A stretch of DNA of 64,000 nucleotides from assembly GCA_945876095.1 (NCBI GenBank), contig CAMCMP010000011.1, positions 44,448 to 108,447 of the forward strand, written 5' to 3'. A model generated the notes under the pieces. That model had not been told where the DNA came from, ran no database searches, and saw nothing but the letters and a program-made list of their open reading frames with translations. Below, piece by piece: positions 26,453 to 37,223 of the stretch. Position numbers and translations under genes: made by a program. How positions within the stretch are numbered: the stretch's first letter is position 1; each line of letters starts with the position of its first letter. The stretch is from Chitinophaga pinensis (lineage in GTDB: Bacteria > Bacteroidota > Bacteroidia > Chitinophagales > Chitinophagaceae).

Positions 26453-27586
26453 CTAATCCGCCACACACCTAAAACCAGTATGCTCCAAACCTGTATCGGG
26501 AGAAGATTTCATTCTTGATGAAGTTCTATACCCCTTGCAATAACTTGCATTACATAAAAACGATCCTCCCCTCACTACCCTTTTTGGTATGCTTGGTTCA
26601 TCACTATCTAAACTTGTAGAAGGTCCTGTTGGATTAGACAATATCGTTCCTTGTATCTGCTCATAATAAGCCTCATGGTACCAATCGCTGCACCATTCCC
26701 ATACATTGCCTGCCATATCGTATAATCCATAGGAATTAGGTGGAAATGATTTCACTGGAGCTATATTATCAAAATGATCCCAACTCGTATTGGTAGCAGG
26801 AAATTTACCTTGCCAAGTATTTGCCTTCGGTCTCATAGCCTCAGGATCTTCATCGCCCCAAGGATATTTTTTATTGATCATCCCTCCCCTAGCTGCATAT
26901 TCCCACTCAGCCTCTGTAGAGAGCCTTTTTCCAGCCCATTTGCAATAAGCGATTGCATCGTCCCAACTAACCTGTACTACTGGATAATCATCCTTTCCGT
27001 TTATATCTGAACCAGGACCACGAGGGTGTTTCCAATTGGCACCTGCCGTCCAAACCCACCACTGAGAATAATCATTTAAATTGCTTGCCTGATTGTTTTT
27101 TCTAAATACCAAGGAAGCAGGTAACAACTGGTCATCAGGAGGTTTGGGTGTTCCTGCTGGCAATTGCTTTTTCATTTCATTCCAATCTATTAATTTTTCA
27201 GCAGTGGTAATATAGCCTGTAGCCAAAACAAATTGTTTAAATTGTCGGTTAGTCACTTCCGTAATATCCATCCAAAAGTCTTTTACTTTTACGGAATGCA
27301 ATGGATATTCATCTTTACGCCCTTCCTTATCTGCTGCTCCCATTAAAAAATCACCCCCTTTTATCAAAACCATTCCTGTATGATCTTTTAAAGTAGTCGT
27401 TGAATTAAGATTATCGGTAGAATCATTTTTTACATTTCCGAAACGAGAAGGAATATTGTTATGACATGAAATTATAGAATCTTGGTATCTTTTATTAGCT
27501 GCACTATTGGTGTTATTTTGACAAGCATTAACAATCAGCATCAATACTACCCAATATCCAAAACCATGTTTTAAAAATAGATTCAT
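26453..27586 (-). CDS. formylglycine-generating enzyme family protein (SUMF1/FGE-sulfatase domain)
   Basis: 377 aa. Supporting blocks are YGLYDMAGNVWEWCSDWY and RVVRGGSFLCNASYCKGYRTSSR...GFRCV. Confidence 0.85.
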   Translation of the reverse strand: MNLFLKHGFGYWVVLMLIVNACQNNTNSAANKRYQDSIISCHNNIPSRFGNVKNDSTDNLNSTTTLKDHTGMVLIKGGDFLMGAADKEGRKDEYPLHSVKVKDFWMDITEVTNRQFKQFVLATGYITTAEKLIDWNEMKKQLPAGTPKPPDDQLLPASLVFRKNNQASNLNDYSQWWVWTAGANWKHPRGPGSDINGKDDYPVVQVSWDDAIAYCKWAGKRLSTEAEWEYAARGGMINKKYPWGDEDPEAMRPKANTWQGKFPATNTSWDHFDNIAPVKSFPPNSYGLYDMAGNVWEWCSDWYHEAYYEQIQGTILSNPTGPSTSLDSDEPSIPKRVVRGGSFLCNASYCKGYRTSSRMKSSPDTGLEHTGFRCVAD

Positions 27587-27638
27587 TTACCTTCTGTTTG
27601 AAATAATTATTAGGAATAATAATGATTAAAAAAAAATA

Positions 27639-29219
27639 TTAATTAATGCCCTTTGATAAAATAACTTCCGCTTCGACATCTTCATATTTTTTTATCAAAC
27701 TCTTTAATTGATTGGTAAGATCAAGTGTAATTTTTTCGAAGCCCTTTTTTCCAAAAATATTATCCAACTCATTGGGGTCATTTTGCAAATCAAACAATTC
27801 CCAACCTTCTATTTTTTCATAAAAGCGAATGAGCTTATAGCGACTTGTTTTGATACCAAAATGCGGTGAAACAGAATGGGTGCCATTTTCGTAATAATGA
27901 TAATACATTGCCTTTCGACCTTTTATTTCCTTCTGTCTTAGCACTGGAAGTATGGACTCACCTTGCATATCGTTGGGAGATTTAATTCCAGCTGCATCCA
28001 ATACAGTTGATGCAATATCAAGATTCATCACAAAATCATTGGATTGAGTGCCTGGTTTAATTACTCCTGGAAAACGCATAAGCATAGGGGTTCTAAAAGA
28101 TTCTTCATACATGAATCGCTTATCAAACCAACCATGCTCACCTAAATAAAAACCTTGATCAGAAAGATAGATTACCAATGTATTTTCTGTCAAATGATAT
28201 TTATCCAAGTAATTCAAAGCCCTACCTATATTTCTATCTAATGAAGCTGCGGTACTAAGGTAATCTTTCATGTATCGTTGATATTTCCATTCCACCAGTG
28301 ATTTGCCAGACAATTTTTTTGCATTAAATTCTGCCTCAATAGGATTATAATAGGCATCAAATTTTTCTCGCTGAGCTGCATTCATTCTTTTGACTGTTTC
28401 ATCAGTATTTCTATTTTTGCCAAGCATTTTTAAGTCAGATCCAATCACCATCGTTTTATCAATGGTCATGTCCTGGGCTTTAGCGGCAGCCCTAGTATTG
28501 TATGGGTCAAAAAAATTATGCGGAAAAGGAAAATTTACTGATTCGAATTTACCCATATCGGCAGTATCAGGAAACCAAGATCGGTGAGTAGCTTTGTGAC
28601 CGATCACTAAACAAAATGGTTTGGAAGTATCCCTTGTATCCAACCATTGCTCAGAAAAATCTTCAATCAAATTGGAAACATATCCTTCTACCCTTTTACT
28701 AGATCCGTCCATCATCAAAAAATTAGGATTGTAATAATTACCTTGGCCGGGAAGTACTTGCCAATAATCAAAGCCTTGTGGAGCAGAACCTAGATGCCAT
28801 TTTCCTATCCAAGCAGTTTGGTAACCACCCAATCTCAATTCTTTTATAAATGTATTTTGACTGCCATCAAACTGCAGATTTCCATTGTCATAAAAACCAT
28901 TTTTGTGACTGTATTTCCCTGTTAATATTACCGCTCTACTTGGGCCACAAATAGAATTGGTGACATAGGCTTTTTTAAACAAAACCCCTTCTTTAGCTAT
29001 CCGATCAATATTAGGTGTTGCCATTAGCTTACTGCCATAAGCACCAATCGCTTGATAGGCATGATCATCAGAAACAATTATTAATATATTGGGTTTCTTT
29101 TGTGCATTTACGAGTAAAGAACAAAAAATAAAGGCTCCAATGAAAATACTTCTTAATTTAAATATCATATAAAAATGATTGAATGAATGAAATAGTCTAT
29201 TAATCAACAGTAAAATCAC
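27639..29219 (-). CDS. Cys-type sulfatase
   Basis: It has the C-x-P-x-R sulfatase signature SICGPSRAVILTGKY and the N-terminal NILIIVSDD. The likely true start is the internal Met at ~29168 (MIFKLRSIFIGAF signal peptide). Confidence 0.88.
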   Translation of the reverse strand: MILLLINRLFHSFNHFYMIFKLRSIFIGAFIFCSLLVNAQKKPNILIIVSDDHAYQAIGAYGSKLMATPNIDRIAKEGVLFKKAYVTNSICGPSRAVILTGKYSHKNGFYDNGNLQFDGSQNTFIKELRLGGYQTAWIGKWHLGSAPQGFDYWQVLPGQGNYYNPNFLMMDGSSKRVEGYVSNLIEDFSEQWLDTRDTSKPFCLVIGHKATHRSWFPDTADMGKFESVNFPFPHNFFDPYNTRAAAKAQDMTIDKTMVIGSDLKMLGKNRNTDETVKRMNAAQREKFDAYYNPIEAEFNAKKLSGKSLVEWKYQRYMKDYLSTAASLDRNIGRALNYLDKYHLTENTLVIYLSDQGFYLGEHGWFDKRFMYEESFRTPMLMRFPGVIKPGTQSNDFVMNLDIASTVLDAAGIKSPNDMQGESILPVLRQKEIKGRKAMYYHYYENGTHSVSPHFGIKTSRYKLIRFYEKIEGWELFDLQNDPNELDNIFGKKGFEKITLDLTNQLKSLIKKYEDVEAEVILSKGIN

Positions 29220-29330
29220 TTATTAAAATATTATTGAAATATACAGAATTATAAGAAATCTACCATAAAATTAGTCAGGGTTAATAAACATAAACAATTC
29301 TTTGAATGTAGTAAACATTGAATAATAAAA

Positions 29331-30410
29331 TTACTGGTTTTTTAAATCTTTTGAAGTGGCTAAAGCCAATACTCTTCCCTCATTACCCACAGCAGTATAA
29401 AAATGATATACTATACCTTTCCATTTAATCACCCAGGGTTTATGGGCATATTGATTATCATAAGGCTCAGAAGGGGTAACCAAATCATCCCCTTCCCAAT
29501 TAGTCCAATGAACTAAATCATAAGAACAGGCAAATCTTTCAAAAGCACCTGGCTTCCAAAATGCACCAAAATAAAACATTATGTACAAGTTATTAATCTT
29601 AGCAATTTGAGCGTCACCACAAATTCCTTTATATTTTGTCAATACTGGATCTTTAGTAAATCTTTTCCATGAAATCATATCATCCGAAACAGCCATTCCT
29701 ATACTCTCATATTTTGCAGTATCACCTTTGGCATTATAGTACATTACAAATGGATGACCTGTCAACTTTATTCTATCATTAATCACTAAACTTTTATAAA
29801 TTATTTTATTATCAAACCAGCTTGCATCAGAATCACTAGGCTGAAGGATAGGTTTAATCGATGTTTGCCATTCCACTGGTTTTGTAAGTACAGAATTAGA
29901 AGACATTCCTACTCCCAAAACACCCGCTTCATACCCTTTTGTTTTACCACCTAAATAAGACATCCAATACTTGTCTTTAAATTTATCTACTGCATAGGTT
30001 CCTCCCCAATTGATATCGACTAAAGACATATAACCTGCTTTTTGATTGGCATCCCAAGTACCAGGAGAGAAAGAAAGAATTTTGCCCATCGACTTCCAAA
30101 TCAATAAATCTTTACTCTGAGCCATCCAAGTCTCATAGCCCTTTCCATCGAATACAATGTAAGTCATAAACCAAATTCCATTTTCAAAAAAAAGAGTTGG
30201 ACTATCTAATAATTTAGTTGAATCGGGATGTTTAAAAACTATTCCATATTTATAAGGGGTTTGAATTTCTTTATAAATTTTTTTCATTGTAGATTTAGAT
30301 ACAATGCTAGCTCTCTTTTTTGAAAAATTAGTAGAATGACTATTTTGCGCAACAACCTGAAGCTGAAATAATATGAAAATAAACAGAAATAATTTTTTAA
30401 TAAAAATCAT
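29331..30410 (-). CDS. secreted glycoside hydrolase-like protein, five-bladed beta-propeller type (GH43/GH130-like)
   Basis: 359 aa with a signal peptide. Repeated blade pattern W.M.Y.g.d....y..G.A.S.D...W (WFMTYIVFDGKGYETWMAQSKDLLIWK; MYYNAKGDTAKYESIGMAVSDDMISWK). The family assignment is tentative. Confidence 0.5.
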   Translation of the reverse strand: MIFIKKLFLFIFILFQLQVVAQNSHSTNFSKKRASIVSKSTMKKIYKEIQTPYKYGIVFKHPDSTKLLDSPTLFFENGIWFMTYIVFDGKGYETWMAQSKDLLIWKSMGKILSFSPGTWDANQKAGYMSLVDINWGGTYAVDKFKDKYWMSYLGGKTKGYEAGVLGVGMSSNSVLTKPVEWQTSIKPILQPSDSDASWFDNKIIYKSLVINDRIKLTGHPFVMYYNAKGDTAKYESIGMAVSDDMISWKRFTKDPVLTKYKGICGDAQIAKINNLYIMFYFGAFWKPGAFERFACSYDLVHWTNWEGDDLVTPSEPYDNQYAHKPWVIKWKGIVYHFYTAVGNEGRVLALATSKDLKNQ

Positions 30411-30476
30411 AAATAAAAGGTTCTAAAATGATATCTTAAAAAAATTAAGACTAAAATTAATTTACTATTTAAGCAA

Positions 30477-33398
30477 TTATTTTTCTAACGCATCCCACAA
30501 TATTTCAACTGGGTGAAGGGCAATACGCTGGGTTCCGTCTTTGATCTGATGTCTACAAGATGTACCAGCAGCAGCTACAATTGTGTCAGATGAAAAATTG
30601 CGAACAGCAGGAAACAGTACCAGCTCTCCTACTTGCTGAGAAACTTCAAAATGCTCCGACTCGTAACCAAAAGATCCCGCCATACCACAGCATCCAGAGG
30701 GAATAAAATGAACCTGATAATTCTTTGGAATACTTAACATGGTATTGCTAAAATGCTGTGATGATAGAACTTTTTGATAACAATGACCATGCACAGCAAT
30801 CGTTTTTTTATCTTCTATAAATAGGTGTTCAGCTATATTTCCCTTCTCATATTCATTTGCAATAAATTCTTCAATAGTAAAGGTTTGCTTAGATAATTTC
30901 AAAGCATTTTCTTTATTCAAAGGGGTAGCTAAATCAATGTACTCATCTCTGAAGCTCAAGATGGCAGAGGGTTCAATTCCTATCAAGGGGATATTGTCAC
31001 TAACAACTGTTGACAGTAAATCAATGTTTTGATTAATGATTTCTGCAGCTTGTTTCACCAATCCTTTGGATAAAAAACTTCTTCCGCTTTCAACATGTTT
31101 AGGTATCAATACATGGTACCCCATTTTTTCAAGCAATTGAATGGTTATTTTTCCAATTTCAACATCATAATAATTGGTAAACTCATCGCAGAAAAAATAC
31201 ACTTTTCTTTTAAGCGAATCCTCATTTTTAATACGTTTGTTATACCAAGCAATAAGTGTAGCCGACCCCAATAAAGGCATACTTCTTTCTGGATGAAAAC
31301 CTACTACTCTATTGGCTATTTTTCTCAAAAAGGTATTCCCATAAACCAGATTATAAATCAGTGAGAATTTAGAAGCCCATTTCATTTGCCTAGAAAAATT
31401 GCCAATTAATTTAGACCTAAAAGGCACCCCATTTTTATCGTAATAATGTTGTAAAAACTCGGCCTTCATTTTCGTAATATCCACTCCTGATGGACATTCC
31501 GTTTTACATCCTTTACAACTCAGACATAAATCCATTACTTCTTTTATTTCTTCTCGATTGAGTGGGTCTACTTGTTGAGGATCACTTAAAAATTGTCGAA
31601 GAATATTTGCTCTTGCCCTAGTGGTATCTTTTTCATTTCGTGTTGCCATATAGCTAGGACACATGAGTCCACCAGAAATCTCAGTCTTTCTACAATCACC
31701 AGAACCGGAACATTTTTCTGCAAGACGAAGCATAGAACCTTGAGATGAAAAATCAAATTGAGTATTAATAGAAGGTGGTATTTTATCCCATTGAACTCTC
31801 AGCTGATCCGTCATAGCAGGAGTATCTGTAATTTTTCCTTGATTGAAGACATTGTGAGGGTCAAATAAATATTTTACTTTTTTGAATAAATCATAAGTTT
31901 CATTTCCTACAATAGATGAAATAAATTCCCCGCGCAATCTGCCATCACCATGCTCACCCGATAATGAACCTTTGTATTTTTTTACTAATTGAACTGTATC
32001 AGCAAGAATATTGCGAAACAATTTAACTCCCTCCTCAGTCTTTAAATTAAGCATTGGTTCTACATGTAATTCCCCAACACCCGCGTGAGCATAGTAAGAT
32101 GCGTTAACCTGATACTTATTCAAAATAAGCTGAAGCTCTCTAATATATTCTGGTAAATCTTCAGGTGCTACTGCACAATCTTCAATTAAATTAACAGGTT
32201 GTATATCTCCTTTTAAATTTCTTAATAACCCAAGTCCAGCCTTTCTAACATCCCAGGCAAATTTAGTATCGGAATTATATAAGATTGGAAATGCATAACC
32301 AAATCCTTGGTCACGTAAATGATTGACCAATTGATTGGCCATATCATTTACTTTATCGAAACTATCCGACATAAATTCCACCATTAAAATAGCTGCAGGA
32401 TCACCATCAATAAAAAAACAATTTTTCTTAAACTCAGGATGTTCCTTGGTAAAATTCATAATGTAACGATCTACCAATTCAGAAGCCATTGGATTTTGGG
32501 ATAGAGCTACCCTATTAGCTCTTAGCGCCTCATCTATAGAGTTACAATGAACACAAACCAATGCAATATCAGAAGGCGGAAGATCAATCAGTTGAAGTTT
32601 GATTGAAGTAGTAAAAGCAAGTGTACCTTCTGAACCAGCCAAAAGCTTACAAAGGTTAAATGAAGAACCATTGTTAGTAAATGGCTCCATTGCCAAAATG
32701 CTATCTAATGCATATCCTGAGTTTCTTCTTACAACGGATGCTTTTGGAAAATGCTTACGAATAAGCGATTTATTATTATCGTCGGAAAGTAAATTATAGA
32801 GTCCATCATAAATATTTTCTTTTAGTCCTCCATAGTTATTATTTTGAATGGGTTCATTTTTAAACGCTACTTCAGTTCCATCACTCAACAAAGCATTTAC
32901 TTCCAACAAATTTTCTCTAACAGAGCCCCAAACAATACTATGTAAGCCACAGGAATTATTTCCAACCATTCCACCAATCATGGCCCTATTAGCAGTTGAA
33001 GTTTCAGGTCCAAAAAACAAACCAAAAGGACGTAAATAATGATTAAGATCATCCCTAATAACACCTGGCTGAACCCGAACCCATTTTTCTTGCAAATTGA
33101 TTTCTAAAATTTTATTGAAATACTTAGAAATATCAACTACTATTCCTTTACCAACCACTTGTCCAGCCAATGAAGTACCAGCTGCTCTGGGAATTAATGT
33201 TAGTTTATGGGTATTTGCAAAATCAATTAAAAGTTTAATATCCTCAATATCTTTAGGTAATGCCACGGCCAATGGCTTTTCTTGGTAAACAGAAGCATCA
33301 GTAGAATAGGCAAGTAACTGGGTTTGATGAACTGAATTGAAATCGTGAAAAAGTTCTCCATTAAATTTTTTTGCGAGAAATTTTAAATGATTTTGCAT
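30477..33398 (-). CDS. FAD-binding oxidase fused to an Fe-S / CCG-domain module (GlcD-GlcF-like, D-lactate/2-hydroxyacid dehydrogenase type)
   Basis: 973 aa. It has an N-terminal FAD_binding_4 pattern (LIPRAAGTSLAGQ), 4Fe-4S Cys clusters (CSGSGDCRK, CLSCKGCKTECPSG) and C-terminal CCG motifs (CCGMAGSFG). Confidence 0.8.
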   Translation of the reverse strand: MQNHLKFLAKKFNGELFHDFNSVHQTQLLAYSTDASVYQEKPLAVALPKDIEDIKLLIDFANTHKLTLIPRAAGTSLAGQVVGKGIVVDISKYFNKILEINLQEKWVRVQPGVIRDDLNHYLRPFGLFFGPETSTANRAMIGGMVGNNSCGLHSIVWGSVRENLLEVNALLSDGTEVAFKNEPIQNNNYGGLKENIYDGLYNLLSDDNNKSLIRKHFPKASVVRRNSGYALDSILAMEPFTNNGSSFNLCKLLAGSEGTLAFTTSIKLQLIDLPPSDIALVCVHCNSIDEALRANRVALSQNPMASELVDRYIMNFTKEHPEFKKNCFFIDGDPAAILMVEFMSDSFDKVNDMANQLVNHLRDQGFGYAFPILYNSDTKFAWDVRKAGLGLLRNLKGDIQPVNLIEDCAVAPEDLPEYIRELQLILNKYQVNASYYAHAGVGELHVEPMLNLKTEEGVKLFRNILADTVQLVKKYKGSLSGEHGDGRLRGEFISSIVGNETYDLFKKVKYLFDPHNVFNQGKITDTPAMTDQLRVQWDKIPPSINTQFDFSSQGSMLRLAEKCSGSGDCRKTEISGGLMCPSYMATRNEKDTTRARANILRQFLSDPQQVDPLNREEIKEVMDLCLSCKGCKTECPSGVDITKMKAEFLQHYYDKNGVPFRSKLIGNFSRQMKWASKFSLIYNLVYGNTFLRKIANRVVGFHPERSMPLLGSATLIAWYNKRIKNEDSLKRKVYFFCDEFTNYYDVEIGKITIQLLEKMGYHVLIPKHVESGRSFLSKGLVKQAAEIINQNIDLLSTVVSDNIPLIGIEPSAILSFRDEYIDLATPLNKENALKLSKQTFTIEEFIANEYEKGNIAEHLFIEDKKTIAVHGHCYQKVLSSQHFSNTMLSIPKNYQVHFIPSGCCGMAGSFGYESEHFEVSQQVGELVLFPAVRNFSSDTIVAAAGTSCRHQIKDGTQRIALHPVEILWDALEK

Positions 33399-33778
33399 GA
33401 AATGAAATACAATTAATCAAAAAATAAATTGTTACATAATTTAATAAAGTTTGACGAAGCTACAATAGTTAAGTTATCGACAACTATATTTTTAACTTTA
33501 TTGTTTATCAAATTCTTAAATCAAATGATTAATTTGTATTAAATATTTAATTAATATCAAAATTATATAGATTTATTTCTAATCCTGATATAGAAAATTA
33601 AAAAACTAGTATTTTAAGTAATGATATAAGCTTATTTAAGTTGATAAATTAACTCTATAAAAAGGTCAAATAATTAGAAATAATGCAATTAAACTTAGGC
33701 TGTATGATAAAAATTCGATATTTTTAGAAGTGTAAGAGTTTTTAAGATTGTTACTCGTACAATAATTTTAGCATAATA

Positions 33779-34420
33779 ATGAAAAAACAAACCAATCATA
33801 TTTATTTACTATTAGGCTTGATTTTCCTATACACTTTTTTTATTAAGGCTAATTGTCAAAGTACTGTAAAAATTGGTAACCAAACATGGACTACTAAAAA
33901 TTTAGATGTCAGTAAGTATAGAAATGGAGATGAAATACAGCATGTTGATGATCCTCTTACTTGGTCTAAGTTAACATATGGAGCCTGGTGCTATTACGAA
34001 AATGTTGACTCAAATGGCACAACTTATGGCAAATTGTATAATTTGTATGCTGTATTGGATCCACGTGGATTAGCACCAGCAGGATTTCACATTCCATCCG
34101 ATAAAGACTGGACTACCCTTACAGACTATTTAGGTGGTAAGGATGAAGCTGGAGTAAAGATGAAAGAAGCAGGTACTACGCATTGGCCTAGGCCTAATAC
34201 TGGAGCTACCAATAGCAGCGGATTTACTGGCCTTCCTGCAGGTTACCGAGATGACAATGGCGTATTTGTTAGTATGGGAGTCAATGGCTTCTGGTGGAGT
34301 TCTACCGAGGGTTTTACCTATTTTGCTTGGAATCGTTATCCTGATACTCTTTATGGATTGGTAGGTAGAGACTTTGGTTATAAAAGTTATGGTATGTCTA
34401 TTCGATGCGTTGCAGATTAA
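33779..34420 (+). CDS. FISUMP (Fibrobacter succinogenes major paralogous domain) secreted protein
   Basis: 213 aa with a signal peptide. Supporting blocks are IGNQTWTTKNLDV, YGKLYNLYAV, LAPAGFHIPSDKDWTTLTDYLGG, GFTGLPAGYR and FWWSSTE. Confidence 0.8.
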   Translation: MKKQTNHIYLLLGLIFLYTFFIKANCQSTVKIGNQTWTTKNLDVSKYRNGDEIQHVDDPLTWSKLTYGAWCYYENVDSNGTTYGKLYNLYAVLDPRGLAPAGFHIPSDKDWTTLTDYLGGKDEAGVKMKEAGTTHWPRPNTGATNSSGFTGLPAGYRDDNGVFVSMGVNGFWWSSTEGFTYFAWNRYPDTLYGLVGRDFGYKSYGMSIRCVAD

Positions 34421-34614
34421 ATTCTAATCAAATATTTTTAAAAATCTTACTCAAAGAAGAGAAAAATTCTATTCATCTTACAATCAAATTTTTTAAAAAA
34501 AATCTTCGGAAAAGAAAAGCATTTAAAATTAAATATATTGATTTAAACCATATAGCTTATCTAATTTTTTAGACACTGAAAAATATTTATTCAGAAAAAA
34601 TAGAAAAAAATAAT

Positions 34615-35256
34615 TTAATCAGCAATACAACGCACAGACATTCCGCTTCTCTCAAAATCATCAAACCTTCCAATTACTGTATCATTAGAATATAAGAAAC
34701 GGTCCCATCCAAGTATTTTACTTCCTCCCTCACTTGAACTCCACCACATTCCATAATTACCCAAAAAACCAAAATTACCCCCACTATAACGATAACCACC
34801 TGGAAGTGCTGTAAAACCACTACCATTGCTTGCGCCTGTATTGGGAGATTTCCAATGGACTATTCCCTTTTCCTTTAATTTACCACCAGCTACATCAATT
34901 CCACCTAAAAAATCGGTTAGAATAGTCCACTCAGCATCTGTTGGAATATGAAATCCTTTAGGAGCTAAACCTCTTTTATCAATTACAGCATACAAATTAT
35001 ACAATTTGCCATAAGTTGTACCATTAGAAGTTTTATTCTGGTAATAGCACCAAGCACCAGTAGTTAATTTAGCCCAATCAGCATCATTTTCTACAAAAGG
35101 GATATCATCCCCATTTCTATACTTACTGACATCCAAATTTTTATTCATCCATAATTGGGTACCTATTTTTACAGTAGTTTGAGATTTAATATCATTATCC
35201 AAACAAAATAGAAAAGCAAAAATTATAATAGTAAAGTACGTGATACGATTTTTCAT
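34615..35256 (-). CDS. FISUMP-domain secreted protein (paralogue of 33779-34420)
   Basis: 213 aa with the same motif set (IGTQLWMNKNLDV, YGKLYNLYAV, LAPKGFHIPTDAEWTILTDFLGG, MWWSSSE). Confidence 0.8.
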   Translation of the reverse strand: MKNRITYFTIIIFAFLFCLDNDIKSQTTVKIGTQLWMNKNLDVSKYRNGDDIPFVENDADWAKLTTGAWCYYQNKTSNGTTYGKLYNLYAVIDKRGLAPKGFHIPTDAEWTILTDFLGGIDVAGGKLKEKGIVHWKSPNTGASNGSGFTALPGGYRYSGGNFGFLGNYGMWWSSSEGGSKILGWDRFLYSNDTVIGRFDDFERSGMSVRCIAD

Positions 35257-35447
35257 TTTTTAAAAGCTTATTTACTAAAAGAGGGTGGAAAATAAAAATT
35301 AATACCATCAACAAATATCCTATTTAAAATCAAATTTCAAGAATGTTTACATGAAAAATAGGAGTACAAAGCTGAAAAACAAATAAATTAACAAATAGTA
35401 AACACAACAAACTAAAGCAAAATAATAAACTTATTAAAGTGCTTCTG

Positions 35448-37085
35448 CTACCAAAAAACGGTGTATAAGGCAGAAAGGATACCAACAATAATAATGGACC
35501 CAATTGCAAAACCAGTTGTTATTTTAAACATTGAAGTATCAACCTCAATTGAATGGGTATCATTCTCTTTTTTAGGCATAATAAGACTCATTGATATCAT
35601 AATCAAAACTATTGCTACAAAATCAATCGTCATTCTATCTAAAAAAGGATAGTCAGGAAAAGCGCCATTAGACCAAACGGGTAAAAATTTCAAGACCGTA
35701 GAAATAGGGATCGTTAATAAAGCCCCTGCCATAGCAGCTTTAGCAGTCGTTCTTTTCCAGAAAAATCCTAACAAGAAGATAGCTAATACACCCGGAGATA
35801 TAAAACCTACATATTCCTGAATAAATTGATAAGCTTGATCAAGAGATTTCAAAGCCGGAGTAACAATACCTGCAATTACCATCGAAATAATGACTGCCCA
35901 TCTTCCTACTAAAACCATCTTACGTTCAGATGCTTCTTTATTAAAAAACTTCTTATAAATATCTAAAGAAAAAATGGTTGAGATACTATTTGCTTTACCA
36001 GCCAAAGATGCAACGATGGCAGCAGTTAGTGCAGCAAAAGCAATACCTTTTAAACCAGCAGGCAACAAATTCATCAGTGTTGGATAAGCATGATCTGGTT
36101 TGATAATACCCATTCCATCAGACATTTCTTGTTGAAATAATCCCTTATTATGAAGAACATACATAACGATACCTGGCAAAACTGCAATGATGGGAACTAA
36201 CAACTTTAAAAAAGCTGCAAATAATATCCCTTTGCGAGCTGTCTTTAAATCAGCTCCCAATGCACGTTGTACAATATATTGATTACATCCCCAATAAGCA
36301 AGGTTATTAATTAACATCCCACCAAATAAAACTGAAAGACCAGGAAGTTCTTTATAATATTTATTTGAAGAATCAAAAATCATATGAAAATGACCAGGTG
36401 CTTCTGAACGTAATATTGAAAGTCCTTTGAAAATATCTTTACCGAAACCATACTCCTCTGATAATAATGAAAGTGCTAGATAAGTAGTTACCAATCCTCC
36501 AATTATTAAAACAACTACTTGAATCACATCGGTATATCCAATTACTTTCATTCCGCCCAAAGTAACCACCATAGAAAAAATTACCAACCCTACAATGCAC
36601 CATTCAAAACTAATTGGAGAAATAGAAGAAATAGCTAGCGCACCCAAATAAATTATAGAAGTTAGATTAACAAATACATAAACTAGCAACCAAAAGACAG
36701 CCATGATGGTACTCACTTTATCATTGTACCGTCTTGATAAAAATTGAGGCATTGTGAAGATCTTATTTTTAAGATAGATAGGAATTATAAATATGGCAAC
36801 TAAAATAAGCGTTGCAGCTGCCATCCATTCATAAGTGGAAATAGCAAGACCTAAAGCAAAACCTGATCCTGACATGCCGATAAAATGCTCTGCAGAAATA
36901 TTTGAAGCAATCAAAGAAGCTCCGATAGCCCACCAAGTAAGGGAACCTTCAGCAAGAAAAAAATCTTTTGAACTAGCAGTTGCAGATTTCTTTTTATGAT
37001 AGATATAATATCCGTAGGAAGAAACTGCAATAAAGTAAATAAAAAAAACAATGTAATCGGCAATCTGTAGTTTATTCATATGCAA
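35448..37085 (-). CDS. sodium:solute symporter family (SSF/SGLT-type) transporter
   Basis: 545 aa and polytopic. The N-terminal DFFLAEGSLTWWAIGASLIASNISAEHFIGMSG block is typical of SSF. Confidence 0.85.
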   Translation of the reverse strand: MHMNKLQIADYIVFFIYFIAVSSYGYYIYHKKKSATASSKDFFLAEGSLTWWAIGASLIASNISAEHFIGMSGSGFALGLAISTYEWMAAATLILVAIFIIPIYLKNKIFTMPQFLSRRYNDKVSTIMAVFWLLVYVFVNLTSIIYLGALAISSISPISFEWCIVGLVIFSMVVTLGGMKVIGYTDVIQVVVLIIGGLVTTYLALSLLSEEYGFGKDIFKGLSILRSEAPGHFHMIFDSSNKYYKELPGLSVLFGGMLINNLAYWGCNQYIVQRALGADLKTARKGILFAAFLKLLVPIIAVLPGIVMYVLHNKGLFQQEMSDGMGIIKPDHAYPTLMNLLPAGLKGIAFAALTAAIVASLAGKANSISTIFSLDIYKKFFNKEASERKMVLVGRWAVIISMVIAGIVTPALKSLDQAYQFIQEYVGFISPGVLAIFLLGFFWKRTTAKAAMAGALLTIPISTVLKFLPVWSNGAFPDYPFLDRMTIDFVAIVLIMISMSLIMPKKENDTHSIEVDTSMFKITTGFAIGSIIIVGILSALYTVFW

Positions 37086-37171
37086 GTTTAAATGTAGAAA
37101 TATTCTTAAATCGTTTATAGCTTAACAATAATAAACTATTTTTTATTTATTCAACGTTTTTGGAAAAAAAA

Positions 37172-37208
37172 GAGGCTTACAAATAGCATTTCTCTATTTA
37201 TAAGCCTC
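37172..37208 (-). terminator. rho-independent terminator of the leu operon
   Basis: GAGGCTTACAAATAG / CTATTTATAAGCCTC forms a 15-bp stem with 1 mismatch and a 7-nt loop. A T-run follows on the minus strand. It lies 16 nt past the leuB stop. Confidence 0.75.
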
Positions 37209-37223
37209 TTTTTAAAAAATGAA

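Noticed and set aside
26453-33398. Sulfatase, FGE, glycosidase and oxidase genes as part of the CIS island
   Set aside because: They are on the opposite strand, convergent with the last effector, and have housekeeping or catabolic functions. Nothing links them to the CIS.
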